From Candidatus Saccharimonadota bacterium (GTDB lineage: Bacteria; Patescibacteriota; Saccharimonadia; Saccharimonadales; Saccharimonadaceae), in NCBI GenBank assembly GCA_017464135.1, contig JAFUEB010000004.1, positions 207,049 through 271,048 on the forward strand: a stretch of 64,000 nucleotides of DNA, read 5' to 3'. The notes under the pieces were generated by a model, which was given only the letters and a program-made list of their open reading frames with translations, did not search any database and was not told where the DNA came from. The position numbers and the translations under genes are program-made. Positions 10,303 to 20,290 of the stretch are shown piece by piece; position 1 is the stretch's first letter, and each line of letters begins with the position of its first letter.

Positions 10303-10417
10303 GCTCGCTAAGCGTGAAGCCACAGTTTTTGGCGAAGCAAAAGAAGCCTTGGAAATCTATCAAGAACTGAACCAGATTTCTGAGGAGATTGAACAATGTC
10401 GCTTGCGCAATTCTTAG
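10268..10417 (+). CDS. Small helical protein (49 aa) below the ORF-track cut-off
   Basis: MQSNSSVFHIPELAKREATVFGEAKEALEIYQELNQISEEIEQCRLRNS fills the tatD-10396 gap, overlapping both neighbours. Confidence 0.45.
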   Translation: MQSNSSVFHIPELAKREATVFGEAKEALEIYQELNQISEEIEQCRLRNS

Positions 10418-10875
10418 ATGGCACGATTCTCGATCCGAAGAATATCGAATCGAAGATTTATCTTCCAAAGGGTATTACTAAACCATTTAGCAAGGTGAAT
10501 TTTTACGGTAACGCCAAGCAGGGAAATGCGGTGAAAAAAATCAACCCTTACGACATTCGCCAATCCAGCACGATGACTTATGCCGATTTGATTAACGCCG
10601 AATCGGCGCTCGGTCGCACGATTTTTGGACCGATTCCAGAAGGTCATCAGCGTGAATTTTGTCTTTCAAAAAAGAATATTTGGGTATGGTATGATGGTTG
10701 GTTCGACGAAAAAGGCGAGCCGCAAGGTGTCACGATTCGCTACGAAGTGAGACCGGATGGCGTGTTCAAATTCTACAATGGCAAGTATATTAAGTTAAAA
10801 GACACGGAACTCAACAATTTCTGCGAGGCAGTGCGCACTTATCATAAGCTAGTCAAGACTCATCTTTACTTTTAA
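10396..10875 (+). CDS. Hypothetical protein
   Basis: GAGGAG SD; 159 aa with conserved-looking LINAESALG...FGPIPEGHQREFC...WVWY. Confidence 0.8.
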   Translation: MSLAQFLDGTILDPKNIESKIYLPKGITKPFSKVNFYGNAKQGNAVKKINPYDIRQSSTMTYADLINAESALGRTIFGPIPEGHQREFCLSKKNIWVWYDGWFDEKGEPQGVTIRYEVRPDGVFKFYNGKYIKLKDTELNNFCEAVRTYHKLVKTHLYF

Positions 10876-10899
10876 GAGTTTAGTTGTTAAAATGTGCTT

Positions 10900-11547
10900 A
10901 TGGATACTGATATAAGCACGGGACCAAGAAAGGTAGCAACACCGAAGAAACCGGTTAATCCGAAAGCTCCGGTTAATCCTAAGGCTCCGGTCGATCCGAA
11001 AAAACCGGAAGAGGAAAAGAAACTGGACGACAATGCTCCGATTGAAGAACTTCCAGATTCTAAGGTTGACCCAAATAATGTCGTAGTGGTTGAACCAAGA
11101 GTTAAGCCTCCCGTGATTGAAGAACCGAAAAAAGAGCCGATGGACCCGAAGTTGAAACGTGCGATTTTCGTGTTTGGCATTGGTATCTTTACCTTGGCCG
11201 TTGGTGCATTTTTCCTATTTAAGACTCTGACAAAGAAACCGACTGAGCCGGATGGTAAATATCTTGTAAGTGTCGGGACCTGGGCGCGTGAAGATGAGCC
11301 AACCGTAATTTGGACTTTCGAAGAAGGTAAAGGTAAGCTCACGACTAATCGTCATTACAATGACTACGATTTTATCTGGTCAATTGAGGATAAGAAACTC
11401 AATATCGAGACATCTTGGCTCTATACTTTGAACGACTCGTTTGATTATGTTTTGAATCAGAAAAAGAATACTCTCACCTTGACAAAAGACGGCGTTGATT
11501 ATGTATTTGTGCCGGCTAGCGATGTGAAAGAAACTGAAACTAATTGA
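10900..11547 (+). CDS. Hypothetical membrane-anchored protein with Pro-rich N-terminus
   Basis: ATG 6 nt after TGtTAAAAT; PKxPVxP repeats, one TM, beta-rich C-terminal domain. Confidence 0.75.
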   Translation: MDTDISTGPRKVATPKKPVNPKAPVNPKAPVDPKKPEEEKKLDDNAPIEELPDSKVDPNNVVVVEPRVKPPVIEEPKKEPMDPKLKRAIFVFGIGIFTLAVGAFFLFKTLTKKPTEPDGKYLVSVGTWAREDEPTVIWTFEEGKGKLTTNRHYNDYDFIWSIEDKKLNIETSWLYTLNDSFDYVLNQKKNTLTLTKDGVDYVFVPASDVKETETN

Positions 11548-13006
11548 TATCGATTTCTGTACCAGACGTGGCGTTGATGCCAAGATTTGATAGCACGACC
11601 ATTTCGTCGTCGGTAATCATGTGAGTGGCGTGAAGTTCAGCGCCACTTAATTTATCGAGACTCTCGAGAATTTTTTTCACGACCGGGTTGGTGGTGGAAC
11701 AGATTGAAAGTGCAATTAAAACTTCGCCGAGTTTCAGATAGCTTTCTTTAAAATTTGAGGTCTTGTTCTTGATTTCGAGAATCGGTTCGAGCACGGCTGG
11801 AGCAATTAAATCGACTTCGTCTGGGATTTTACTGATTGTCTTTAATGCATTAATAAACGTACTCGAAACTGGTGAAAGAATACCGGTCTTCCTACCAACG
11901 ACAATCTTTTTAGTGCCGATGGAAATCGCAGCGGCTGGAAGATTGCCAGATTTTTTACGCTTTTCTTCGGCCGCCGAGACAACCAGACGATCTTTTTCGG
12001 AGATACTGAGTTCGTTCATTAATAGTTTAATGCGCTCCGGAACTTCTGGACCAACTAAGCCTTTTTTTAAATCAGTGAGGGCGCGGTAATAGCGACGCAC
12101 AATCTCGTCTTTGGCGGCTTTTTGGACAGCTTTGTCATCCGTAATACATTCACCAATTACGTTGACGCCCATGTCGGTCGGGGAGTAATAAATAGTTTTA
12201 CCAGTAATGCGATTCAAAATCTCCTTTAATACTGGAAAAGTCTCGAGGTCACGGTTGTAATTTACTGCCATGGTGCCATATTTCTCGAGATGGAAATGGT
12301 CGATCATGTTTTTGTCGTTCAGGTCGGCAGTAGCGGCTTCGTAAGCGATATTTACAGGATGTTTAAGCGGCAAAGCCCAGACTGGGAAAGTCTCAAATTT
12401 AGCATAGCCAGCGTTCACGCCTCGCTTATATTCGTGATAAAGTTGCGAAAGGGAAGTGGCGAGTTTGCCGGAGCATGGCCCCGGAGCCGAAACAACCACG
12501 AGTGGGCGCGTAGTTTCGATATATGGGTTGGCACCATAGCCTTCGTCCGACACAATCGTATCGACATCAGTCGGATAGCCTTTGGTAAAGGTATGGAAAT
12601 AGGTTTTAACTTTGTAATCTTTCAGTTTTTCGGCGAAATCCTTGGCTTTTTTCTGGCCTTCGAACAGAGTAATTACGACGGAGCTAACAAAAATGCCACG
12701 TGAGCGTAAAAACTCAATTAAACGCAAAACTTCCGTCTCGTAGGAGATTAAATGGTCGGCGCGGATTTTGGATTTCTCAATTGCATTAGCATTGATACAT
12801 AAAATGACCTCAGCGTCGTCCTTAAATTCTTGTAGGAGTCGGATCTTGAGGTCTGGGAGAAAGCCGGGGAGTGTGCGTGCGGCGTGTTGATCGTCGATGA
12901 GTTTACCGCCAAATTCGAGATAGAGTTTATCAAACATGGCGATGCGCTGTTTGATTCTTTTCTTTTGGATTTTCAGATATTTATCGGCATCAAAGCACTT
13001 TTTCAC
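11540..13006 (-). CDS. DUF1846 family protein
   Basis: KLYLEFGGKL, APGPCSGKLAT, GYAKFETFPVW, VNYNRD, SPTDMGVN; GTG start after AAGGAGG. Confidence 0.88.
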   Translation of the reverse strand: MKKCFDADKYLKIQKKRIKQRIAMFDKLYLEFGGKLIDDQHAARTLPGFLPDLKIRLLQEFKDDAEVILCINANAIEKSKIRADHLISYETEVLRLIEFLRSRGIFVSSVVITLFEGQKKAKDFAEKLKDYKVKTYFHTFTKGYPTDVDTIVSDEGYGANPYIETTRPLVVVSAPGPCSGKLATSLSQLYHEYKRGVNAGYAKFETFPVWALPLKHPVNIAYEAATADLNDKNMIDHFHLEKYGTMAVNYNRDLETFPVLKEILNRITGKTIYYSPTDMGVNVIGECITDDKAVQKAAKDEIVRRYYRALTDLKKGLVGPEVPERIKLLMNELSISEKDRLVVSAAEEKRKKSGNLPAAAISIGTKKIVVGRKTGILSPVSSTFINALKTISKIPDEVDLIAPAVLEPILEIKNKTSNFKESYLKLGEVLIALSICSTTNPVVKKILESLDKLSGAELHATHMITDDEMVVLSNLGINATSGTEIDIN

Positions 13007-13115
13007 GTTTACCTCCTTTAACTTTTTTATTATAGCACAGGATTTTTGCGGAAATGAAAAACCCACCTACTAAGAGGTGGGCGCTGGGGAAAGGTAGGGG
13101 GATAGAAGAAATGGG

Positions 13116-13778
13116 TCATGATAATCCCTCTCCTTCGGAATCTTCGGATTCACCGAAAAGCCCGTCAAGGAGTTGCCCTACCACACTACCGAGCCCGATT
13201 ACACCAATCTGGGTGGTGGGTAGGCGTAGGGTGCTTGCCATGTAGGCAAACAGTAGAGTAAGCGGCATCATTTGGTGCGTGTAGACAAACCGCACGAGCG
13301 GGGTGGTAAACGAAACATTTAGTTTCTCATATTTACCACTGACCAGGTATTCGCAAAGATTGATAAATTCATTTTCATTCATCATTGCAACGCGACCGGC
13401 AAACTCATCGTCAGCCTCGTTTTTATCGAGGATGGTGGCGATTTTCTCTGGGATATGCGGGTTTTCGTCCCTCGTATCGTCGTGGATGAAGAAGAGAAGC
13501 ATTTCACAGAACAGGAACGCGTTGACGTCCATCGACAGATGATCAATAAGTAAAGCTGCGGTTTCTTGGGAGAGCTGGCTACGACCGGCGAAGATTGAAG
13601 CGTAGTTCAAAAGCGCCGTTGAGATTCTCCAACCGTCCACGGTAAGCGCGCGTGGCTCGAGAGATCTTTGCAGATTGAACCCTTCAAGCATCGCCTTAAT
13701 GGCCTCAATGTCATTACCCATGACGGCTGCGATGATCTCCTCCCCGGTAAATCCAACGTAAGTGTCGCCAAGTTTCAT
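13116..13778 (-). CDS. Orphan hypothetical protein (stand-alone cassette)
   Basis: Own TTGACA-17-TATAAT promoter, GGAGG SD before ATG 13778, hairpin downstream. Confidence 0.7.
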   Translation of the reverse strand: MKLGDTYVGFTGEEIIAAVMGNDIEAIKAMLEGFNLQRSLEPRALTVDGWRISTALLNYASIFAGRSQLSQETAALLIDHLSMDVNAFLFCEMLLFFIHDDTRDENPHIPEKIATILDKNEADDEFAGRVAMMNENEFINLCEYLVSGKYEKLNVSFTTPLVRFVYTHQMMPLTLLFAYMASTLRLPTTQIGVIGLGSVVGQLLDGLFGESEDSEGEGLS

Positions 13779-13925
13779 TACTCTAACCTCCAAAATCTAA
13801 ATGTACGGGTCAAAAAAAGAAAGCTTTTGACCACATACTTAAATTATACCACACATTTTATAAAATGTCAATTATTTAGCGGTAGCAGTTTTGACTTTAC
13901 AGGGAAAATTTGTTATAATATTTTT

Positions 13926-15059
13926 ATGATTTATTTGGACCATGCAGCGGCGACGCCGGTATCTAGGAAGGTGTTAGAGGCGATGAAGCCATATTTTTTG
14001 AATGACTTTTTTAATCCATCTTCCGCCTATTTGCCAGCCAAAAAGGTCGCTTCTGAATACGAAGAGGCGAAGGGTAAAATTGCGCACGCAATTGGCGCCA
14101 AAGCCAACGATCTCATTATGACGGCTGGGGCGACTGAAGCGAATAATCTCGCATTTACGGCTGTGTCGCCAGATGGGGAAGTGCTCTATCTGAAGACTGA
14201 ACACGATTCAGTGAGAAATCCAGCTAAGCGTTTTGCTTACCAGGAAATTGAAGTTGATAAGAATGGCCGAATCTTGATGGATGATTTAAAGGCGAAGATT
14301 AGCGACAAAACGGAGCTGATTTCGGTGGCGCTCGCCAATAACGAGCTCGGCACGATTCAGCCACTTGCCGAGATTGCAACTCTCATTCGCGAAGTCTGTT
14401 TTGACCGTTTGTCGCGTGGGGTGAAGACACCACTTTATCTCCATTCGGATGCTTCACAGGCGATGAATTTACTCGATATTAATGTCGCAAGGCTCGGCGT
14501 GGATCTTTTGACTTTAAATGCTGCGAAGGTTTATGGGCCGAAGGGTGTGGGTGCGCTGTATGTTTCACACGATGTGAGACTCACGCCTTTGACGTTGGGC
14601 GGTGGGCAGGAGAATGGGCTACGCTCAGGTACGCAGAATGTGCCAGGCGTGATTGGTTTTGCCGAGGCACTCGTAAATGCAAAGGAGCACCTAAACGGCA
14701 ACCGCAAGAAATATGCGGAGTTTAGGAAGATTTTGCTTGATGGAATTAAGGATTACGAATTGATTAATAAGAAGCATTCGCTCGATAATTTCGTGGTGCT
14801 TTGTTTTGATGGGCTGGATGCCGAAAGGTTAGTTTATCTACTGGAAGACCGTGAGGTTTATGTTTCGACCGGTGCGGCTTGCGCGGCATCAAAGGGTGTA
14901 CGTTCGCATGTGTTAACGGCGATTGGTCTCAGTGATTCTGAAACTAATGGGTCGCTCCGACTCACACTTGGCGAAACCAACACCAAGGAGCAGATTCTTG
15001 AGGCCGTGGAGATTATTAATGAAGTAGTCGCGGGTGAGAAAGCGAGAATTCATGCCTAA
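13926..15059 (+). CDS. iscS: Cysteine desulfurase (IscS/NifS family)
   Basis: IYLDHAAATP, NNELGTIQP, HSDASQ, KVYGPKG, RSGTQN, STGAACA; real start 13926 after TATAAT. Confidence 0.92.
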   Translation: MIYLDHAAATPVSRKVLEAMKPYFLNDFFNPSSAYLPAKKVASEYEEAKGKIAHAIGAKANDLIMTAGATEANNLAFTAVSPDGEVLYLKTEHDSVRNPAKRFAYQEIEVDKNGRILMDDLKAKISDKTELISVALANNELGTIQPLAEIATLIREVCFDRLSRGVKTPLYLHSDASQAMNLLDINVARLGVDLLTLNAAKVYGPKGVGALYVSHDVRLTPLTLGGGQENGLRSGTQNVPGVIGFAEALVNAKEHLNGNRKKYAEFRKILLDGIKDYELINKKHSLDNFVVLCFDGLDAERLVYLLEDREVYVSTGAACAASKGVRSHVLTAIGLSDSETNGSLRLTLGETNTKEQILEAVEIINEVVAGEKARIHA

Positions 15060-16092
15060 AGTATTTGTCGGTATGAGCGGTGGCGTGGATTCAAGCGTCG
15101 CGGCGATGCTGCTAGTCGAGCAGGGTTACGACGTGACCGGGGTCTATATGAAGAACTGGTCGAAGGATTTACCAGGGATGAAATGCCCGTGGGCCGAAGA
15201 CCTCGCCGACGCGAAGCGCGTAGCGGTGAAGCTCGGGATTGATTTTGAAGTCTGGGATTTTGAGAAAGAATATCATGAAAAAGTGGTGGAGTATATGCTC
15301 AAGGAATTTAAGAAGGGCAATACGCCAAATCCGGACGTGATGTGCAATCAAGAAATAAAGTTTAAGTTGTTCTTTGAAAAAGCGATGGAAAAAGGCGCTG
15401 ACTTTATCGCCACCGGACATTACGCAAGAGTTGCTTCTCCGTCCCGTCTCCTAAGGGCAGTCGATGAAAATAAGGATCAAACTTATTTTCTTTACCGCAT
15501 TTCCGAAGAGGCGATTGCCCATACCCTATTTCCAGTGGGCGGAATGTTGAAGCCGGAAGTAAAGAAGCTAGCGAAGGAGCATGGACTACATAATGCCTAC
15601 AAGAAGGAGTCTATGGGCGTGTGTTTTGTGGGCGAAGTCGGGATGAAGGATTTTTTAAAGGAATATATCGACATCGAGCCAGGTGAAATTCGTGAAGTTG
15701 AAACCGAAAAGAAGCTCGGCGTACACGAGGGCGCAGTTTTTTACACGATTGGTCAGCGCCATGGTCTTTATCTCTCTGGTACGGCTGGCGAAGTGAATGA
15801 TGGTTTACCGTATTACGTCGTCGCAAAAGATCTCGAGAAAAACATCGTTTACGTTTCGAAGAATCTGAACGACAGCCACATTTGGACTAAGGAATTAAAA
15901 CTAAAGGATGTTTTGATGCGGGGCGAGGCAAAGGATGTACTCGTGAGGCTCCGCCATCGTGCACCACTTGTTGAGGCCACTTTTGACAAAGATACGCTCC
16001 ATTTTGAGAACGAGATTAAGCGCCCGGCGGCCGGACAATCCGCTGTAATTTATGACGGCGAAATCTGTCTTGGTGGTGGTATTATCGCCTAA
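15052..16092 (+). CDS. mnmA: tRNA 2-thiouridylase
   Basis: GMSGGVDSS, TPNPDVMCN, IATGHYA, KDQTYFL, YTIGQR, GQSAVIY. Confidence 0.96.
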   Translation: MPKVFVGMSGGVDSSVAAMLLVEQGYDVTGVYMKNWSKDLPGMKCPWAEDLADAKRVAVKLGIDFEVWDFEKEYHEKVVEYMLKEFKKGNTPNPDVMCNQEIKFKLFFEKAMEKGADFIATGHYARVASPSRLLRAVDENKDQTYFLYRISEEAIAHTLFPVGGMLKPEVKKLAKEHGLHNAYKKESMGVCFVGEVGMKDFLKEYIDIEPGEIREVETEKKLGVHEGAVFYTIGQRHGLYLSGTAGEVNDGLPYYVVAKDLEKNIVYVSKNLNDSHIWTKELKLKDVLMRGEAKDVLVRLRHRAPLVEATFDKDTLHFENEIKRPAAGQSAVIYDGEICLGGGIIA

Positions 16093-16093
16093 C

Positions 16094-16125
16094 AAAAAAG
16101 CCCAGCAAAAAACTGGGCGTTTTTT
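16094..16125. terminator. Bidirectional intrinsic terminator
   Basis: A-run, GCCCAG/CTGGGC stem, T-run between convergent genes. Confidence 0.7.
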
Positions 16126-16137
16126 ATCAAAACGGAA

Positions 16138-16332
16138 TTAGGCTGCCATCAATAATAAGTTAGCAAACAAAAGCGTAGCAGCGAGGAAGCTCATACCGAT
16201 GACAAAAACCATGTTGGACTTTTGGTTCTTGTTGTATCTCTCATAGCGCATGTATTGCTTGCTACCAGATTTCCTTGCGACAGTCTGTTTCTTTGCGGTC
16301 TTGGTCGCAGATTTCTTTTTTGCTTGAGCCAT
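16138..16332 (-). CDS. Small basic protein with C-terminal TM helix
   Basis: AAGGA SD before ATG 16332; Lys-rich N-terminus, hydrophobic C-terminus. Confidence 0.6.
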   Translation of the reverse strand: MAQAKKKSATKTAKKQTVARKSGSKQYMRYERYNKNQKSNMVFVIGMSFLAATLLFANLLLMAA

Positions 16333-16422
16333 GTTTATTCCTTTTTTATTTAATAATATTCTTATGATTATTTTATCACACTTTTTTGAAAATACAAGTA
16401 AAAATCTGATATAATTATCCCT

Positions 16423-18303
16423 ATGAATGCGAATGAAATTAGACAAAGATTCTTAGATTTTCAAGTTAAAAAAGGTCACAAGGTAATTCAGCCAGCACCA
16501 CTCGTCCTAGAGAATGATCCGACGACACTTTTTACCGGTTCTGGCATGCAACCACTTTTGCCGTTTCTGCTAGGTGAACCACACCCAGAAGGAAAGCGCC
16601 TTACTGATTCGCAGCCATCCATGAGATTACAAGATATCGAGGATGTTGGCGATCCACGCCATACGACTGTTTTCGAAATGCTGGGTAACTGGTCACTCGG
16701 TGATTATTTTAAAGAAGAACAGATTCGCAATTTCTTTGAATTTTTGACGAAAGAAGTCGGACTCGATCCGAACAAAATCTATGTCACTTGTTTCATTGGC
16801 AACAATAAATATGGCATTCCAAAGGATACAGAAGCTGCAGAGATTTGGCAAAAGGTCTTTAAGGAAGCTGGCATTGAAGCAAAAATCGCCGAGATTGGCT
16901 CCGCTAAGACCGGTGATAAGCGTGGCATCAAGCCGGGTGAAAGAATTTTCTTCTATGATGACCACGAAAACTGGTGGAGTAGAGGTGGCGGTTGCGAAAC
17001 CACGCCAATTGGTGATCCGTGTGGCCCAGATTCTGAGGTATTCTATGATTTTGGTGAAGATAAACAAGACGAAACCAAGTATGGCTTAGCACATCCAGCC
17101 TCGGATGGCGCCAGGTTTATGGAAATCGGCAACCAGGTCTTTATGCAATATCGCCGGCTCGAAGATGGTTCGTTTAAAGAACTTGAGAAGAAGAATGTGG
17201 ACTTTGGTGGCGGGCTCGAACGTATCGCGGCCGCTGCGATTGGTAGTTTTGATGTGTTTAAGATTTCACTCATGAAGCCGATTATCGACAAACTCGAAGA
17301 GATTTCAGGCAAGAAATATGATAATAATACTGATGAAATGCGCGTAATTGCGGATCACATCCGGGGTGCGTATCTCTTGGCTGCGCAAGGCTTAGTACCT
17401 TCGAATAAGACGCAGGGCTACGCGATGAGGAGATTGGTACGCCGAGCGATCCTCCGGGCACTCGACCTCGGCATTTCGCAAAACTTCTTGTCCGAGATTA
17501 TCCCGATTGTTGCAGAGAACTATAAGGATTTGCCGGATTCGATTTTGACCCACCGCGAAGTGGCGCTTGATGTACTACTTAAGGAAGAGAAAGCTTTCCG
17601 CCAGACTTTGAATAAAGGTCTCAAAGAACTTGGCAAAATGACGAGGAATTCGAAGATTCTCGATGGACGCGATTTATTCAAACTGCAGGATACCTATGGC
17701 TTTCCACTCGAGCTTTCAATTGAAGAGTGTTACCGCGAGGGAATTGAGCTTTCCGAAAAGCATCGCGAAGAATTTGACGAGGCATTAAAAGAACAACGCG
17801 AACGCTCACAAACGGCATCAAAAGGCATGTTTAAGGGTGGCCTCGAGGACCATGGTGAACAAACCGTGAAATATCACACGGCTTGCCACTTATTACTCGC
17901 AGCGCTACAAGATTTAGTTGATAAGAGCATCTGCCAGAAGGGCTCCAACATTACCGCCGAACGCGTACGCTTCGACTTTAACCTTGATCATAAGATGACT
18001 GAAGAAGAGTTAAAGAAGGTCGAGGGCCAAGTGAACGAATGGATTAAAGCAGATCTTCCGGTGGTGTTTGATGAATATGAAAAAGCCTACGCGCGCGATA
18101 CCTTGAAGGCGCATGGCCAATTCTGGGATAAGTATCCGGATATACTTAAAGTCTATACGATTGGTGATTTTGACAATCCGATTTCCCGCGAGGTTTGCGG
18201 TGGTCCACACGTAGAACACACTGGCGTACTCGGACACTTCAAGATTGTTAAAGAAGAATCTTCGTCCGCCGGCGTAAGACGTATCAAGGCTGTGCTTGAA
18301 TAA
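16423..18303 (+). CDS. alaS: Alanine--tRNA ligase (short form lacking C-Ala domain)
   Basis: LFTGSGMQP, FEMLGNWS, PCGPDSE, DFGGGLER, DHIR, DTYGFP, editing HTACH...CGGPH. Confidence 0.96.
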   Translation: MNANEIRQRFLDFQVKKGHKVIQPAPLVLENDPTTLFTGSGMQPLLPFLLGEPHPEGKRLTDSQPSMRLQDIEDVGDPRHTTVFEMLGNWSLGDYFKEEQIRNFFEFLTKEVGLDPNKIYVTCFIGNNKYGIPKDTEAAEIWQKVFKEAGIEAKIAEIGSAKTGDKRGIKPGERIFFYDDHENWWSRGGGCETTPIGDPCGPDSEVFYDFGEDKQDETKYGLAHPASDGARFMEIGNQVFMQYRRLEDGSFKELEKKNVDFGGGLERIAAAAIGSFDVFKISLMKPIIDKLEEISGKKYDNNTDEMRVIADHIRGAYLLAAQGLVPSNKTQGYAMRRLVRRAILRALDLGISQNFLSEIIPIVAENYKDLPDSILTHREVALDVLLKEEKAFRQTLNKGLKELGKMTRNSKILDGRDLFKLQDTYGFPLELSIEECYREGIELSEKHREEFDEALKEQRERSQTASKGMFKGGLEDHGEQTVKYHTACHLLLAALQDLVDKSICQKGSNITAERVRFDFNLDHKMTEEELKKVEGQVNEWIKADLPVVFDEYEKAYARDTLKAHGQFWDKYPDILKVYTIGDFDNPISREVCGGPHVEHTGVLGHFKIVKEESSSAGVRRIKAVLE

Positions 18304-18332
18304 AAAAGTCCCCCTTCAAGGGGGATTTTTTT
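18302..18332. terminator. Bidirectional intrinsic terminator
   Basis: AAAAAGTCCCCCTT-c-AAGGGGGATTTTT between convergent alaS and ftsA-like genes. Confidence 0.8.
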
Positions 18333-19551
18333 AGTTCTGTAAGAGTTTTGCGAGCTTCGCTTTTAGTTTGTTTTCTGGTGGCGCGCCAGCTAAAGTGTCG
18401 GTGCCAACACGAAGCAGACCTAGAGCTGTTGCAAAGGAATGATCAAGCTCAAAATCTTTCGTAATGAAATTTGGAAGTTCAGCGATGTCAATGAGATGAA
18501 TGACTGGGCGGCGCGAGAACGGTAGATTCTCGAACCAGTCGGAGGTAGCCAAGGTTTCTTGAATCGTGGAGAGGCTAGCACCACCACCACAAAGCATCAC
18601 ATTGCGTGGCAAACTGCCAAAGCTTTCAAACTCTTCGAGTGCGACTTCAACGCCAGTCAGCCAGACGGAAATGTTTTTTGAAATCGCAGTTTCAATTTTG
18701 GCTTTTTCGCGGTCATCTAACTCGCCAGTGTCAAATTGCAGCTTCTTTTCTTCGGCTGTATCAAAATCACAACCTAAGGCTTCCGCAATTTGGTGCGTGA
18801 AGCTCCGGCCACCAATCGAGAACATCTTGGTACCTTCGACACCACCATCATCAACGACGGCAATATCGGTCGTACCACCACCAATATCCATCACGATGCC
18901 AGAGAAAGAAGAGTCCGGATCATCACCAAGACAGGCGCGGCAAACTGCAAACGGCTCCACCGCCACGGCGAGTAAATCGAGATTGAGTTCGGCGCAGACT
19001 TTTTCAATTGCAGCCACGTGGATGAGTGGCGCAAAAGCAGTGTAAATTAAAATGGCGACATCGGAACCCTTAAAACCAACCGGGTTCATCACTTTGTAGC
19101 CATCAATCGTAAGGGAAACAATCGCAGAATTAATTAGACGAACTTCAATATTATCATTGCCGGTTTCGAGAGTGACCATTTTCTTCGCGACTTCGCCGGA
19201 TTTAAGCTGAACTTTTTTAATAATGTCGTTCATCTCGGCTTCAGAAATCGGCTTGTTTGGATTCTTGCGCGTATAGTGAACGGTGGTAGTGTTGCCTTTG
19301 ACGAGTTCGCCAGCAATACCAACTACAACTTGGTCGGCCCGCTCGCCAACTTTATCTTCTACCTGAATAAGTGCCTGCTCGCAAGTAGATATGACGGCCG
19401 GAATATCAGCAATGGCGCCAGCGTGCATGTTGCCTTCTTTTTGTTTGGCTTTGCCAATACCGATGATTTCGAGATTACCTTTTTTACCAGGCTTTGCCAT
19501 GACGGCTTTTACAAACTCAGTACCAATATCTAACCCTAAGATTGTACTCAT
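18331..19551 (-). CDS. ftsA: FtsA-like actin-fold ATPase
   Basis: LGLDIGT, SHS2-type insert, DIGGGTTDIAV, IGGRSFT, LCGGGA; no ftsZ adjacent. Confidence 0.8.
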   Translation of the reverse strand: MSTILGLDIGTEFVKAVMAKPGKKGNLEIIGIGKAKQKEGNMHAGAIADIPAVISTCEQALIQVEDKVGERADQVVVGIAGELVKGNTTTVHYTRKNPNKPISEAEMNDIIKKVQLKSGEVAKKMVTLETGNDNIEVRLINSAIVSLTIDGYKVMNPVGFKGSDVAILIYTAFAPLIHVAAIEKVCAELNLDLLAVAVEPFAVCRACLGDDPDSSFSGIVMDIGGGTTDIAVVDDGGVEGTKMFSIGGRSFTHQIAEALGCDFDTAEEKKLQFDTGELDDREKAKIETAISKNISVWLTGVEVALEEFESFGSLPRNVMLCGGGASLSTIQETLATSDWFENLPFSRRPVIHLIDIAELPNFITKDFELDHSFATALGLLRVGTDTLAGAPPENKLKAKLAKLLQN

Positions 19552-19579
19552 GGTTTCATTATATCATATATTCTAAGGC

Positions 19580-20290
19580 CTATCGCTTTAACTTTTGGAT
19601 TGTGGCTGGTGAGATTTCAGTGGTGGTGCCGGACTTTAAGTCATCTAGTTCGAACGGGCCAAATTTAGTGCGGTGAAGATTGATGACGCGGTATCCGACA
19701 GCAATGAAAGTACGACGAATTTGACGGTTACGACCTTCGCTTAAGATAACGGTGAAGTGTTTGCGGTCGTCAAATTTATCATCGCGGATAACGGCGAATT
19801 TCGATTTGCCATCTTCAAGATCAATACCAAAATCGGAAATCATTTGCTGATGGAGCGGCTCTAAATCGCGGTCGAGTTCGACTTTGTAGATTTTTTCTTT
19901 ATGAAATTTTGGGTGTGTCATAGAAAACGCAAAATCGCCATCGTTGGTAAGTAGAATTAAACCGGAAGAATCCTTGTCAAGACGGCCAACGGTTTTGAGT
20001 TTGCAATATTTTTCTGGCAATAACTCATATAAAGTTGGGGCATCGCCCTGCGCGCGACGTGAGCAAACATAACCTTTCGGCTTATTCATCGCGAGATACA
20101 AGAAATCGTTTTCAAATTGAACTATACTATTATTATAGCATACTTTATCATTTTTGTCAATACGAGCGCCAAGGACGGCTGGGTGATTGTTTACAGAAAC
20201 TTGACCAGAAGCAATCAAACCATCGGCCTCACGACGGGAAACGCCGAGGCGTTCAGCTAAAAATTTATTAAGTCGAATCCTACTGTCCAT
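19580..20290 (-). CDS. rRNA pseudouridine synthase (RsuA/RluB family)
   Basis: S4 domain RLNKFLA..SRR, NKPKG, VGRLDKDSSGL, EGRNRQIRR. Confidence 0.92.
   Translation of the reverse strand: MDSRIRLNKFLAERLGVSRREADGLIASGQVSVNNHPAVLGARIDKNDKVCYNNSIVQFENDFLYLAMNKPKGYVCSRRAQGDAPTLYELLPEKYCKLKTVGRLDKDSSGLILLTNDGDFAFSMTHPKFHKEKIYKVELDRDLEPLHQQMISDFGIDLEDGKSKFAVIRDDKFDDRKHFTVILSEGRNRQIRRTFIAVGYRVINLHRTKFGPFELDDLKSGTTTEISPATIQKLKR

Noticed and set aside
13668-13925. Long N-terminal extension of the cysteine desulfurase
   Set aside because: Overlaps the divergent gene and promoters; family homology starts at MIYLD (13926).
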